A DNA stretch of 60,072 nt, counting the filler, from Hausera hauseri (lineage: Eukaryota): NCBI GenBank assembly GCA_046269625.1. It is 9 parts of 9 records of this genome, joined end to end, with 100 filler letters (N's around TTAATTAATTAA, not from the genome) between each part and the next. Parts side by side here need not be neighbours in the genome. Positions count along the whole stretch, not along the records: positions 55,980 to 60,072 come from JBJURY010766763.1; 8 more parts are not named here. One strand, 5' to 3'. Below the pieces are notes generated by a model that was not told the DNA's origin, searched no databases, and worked only from the letters and a program-made list of their open reading frames with translations. Made by a program: the position numbers and the translations under genes. Shown here one piece after another: positions 59,871-60,072 of this stretch. Numbering within the stretch: the stretch's first letter is position 1; every line of letters begins with the position of its first letter.

Positions 59871-60072
59871 TATTATCTGTCGCTGTCAAATTACCTAACA
59901 TATCCTCGAGTCTATTGCTATTTCCGGACCGTTTGACTTCTTTCTTATCGAATAGTCTCTACCAATTTACTTCACAGGGTAGCTTTCTCGCCGCTCTTCG
60001 TGCTAAGCTTGTAGCTCTATTAATTTCATTCTGTCGATTAGGGTTTATTTTGATAGCTAAGTACATCAATAC

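Noticed and set aside
1-60072. CRISPR arrays, operons or other prokaryotic systems
   Set aside because: No repeat-spacer arrays or bacterial gene organisation; the content is eukaryotic nuclear, transposon-derived and mitochondrial.

Overview
The window is not one locus. It is nine unrelated eukaryotic contigs joined by artificial 100-nt spacers (N44-TTAATTAATTAA-N44). (1) 1-11900: decayed Tc1, mariner, BEL/Pao and Ty3/Gypsy elements, plus an intact AMP deaminase gene. (2) 12001-17646 and (9) 55980-60072: two decayed copies of a retroelement in which a chuvirus-like glycoprotein sits inside a polyprotein, downstream of a very long gag-position ORF and upstream of a Ty3/Gypsy RT-RNaseH-integrase. 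This is the most unusual system here. (3), (7), (8): five fragments of Polinton/Maverick-type protein-primed PolB genes, a packaging ATPase fragment and AGTAG-type termini, two with fold-back repeats. (4) 22967-36960: a nearly complete single-strand-coded mitochondrial genome using the rhabditophoran flatworm code (AAA=Asn, AGR=Ser, ATA=Ile, TGA=Trp), with 22 tRNA candidates, a non-neodermatan gene order and a candidate atp8. (5) 37061-41364: the 3' part of a ZC3H13/Flacc-like gene with mini-introns and an in-frame TAA in its conserved domain. (6) 41465-45766: a second Gypsy pol copy and a C2H2 zinc-finger fragment. All family calls come from motifs recognised by eye; no database search was run, and RNA and pseudogene boundaries are approximate.
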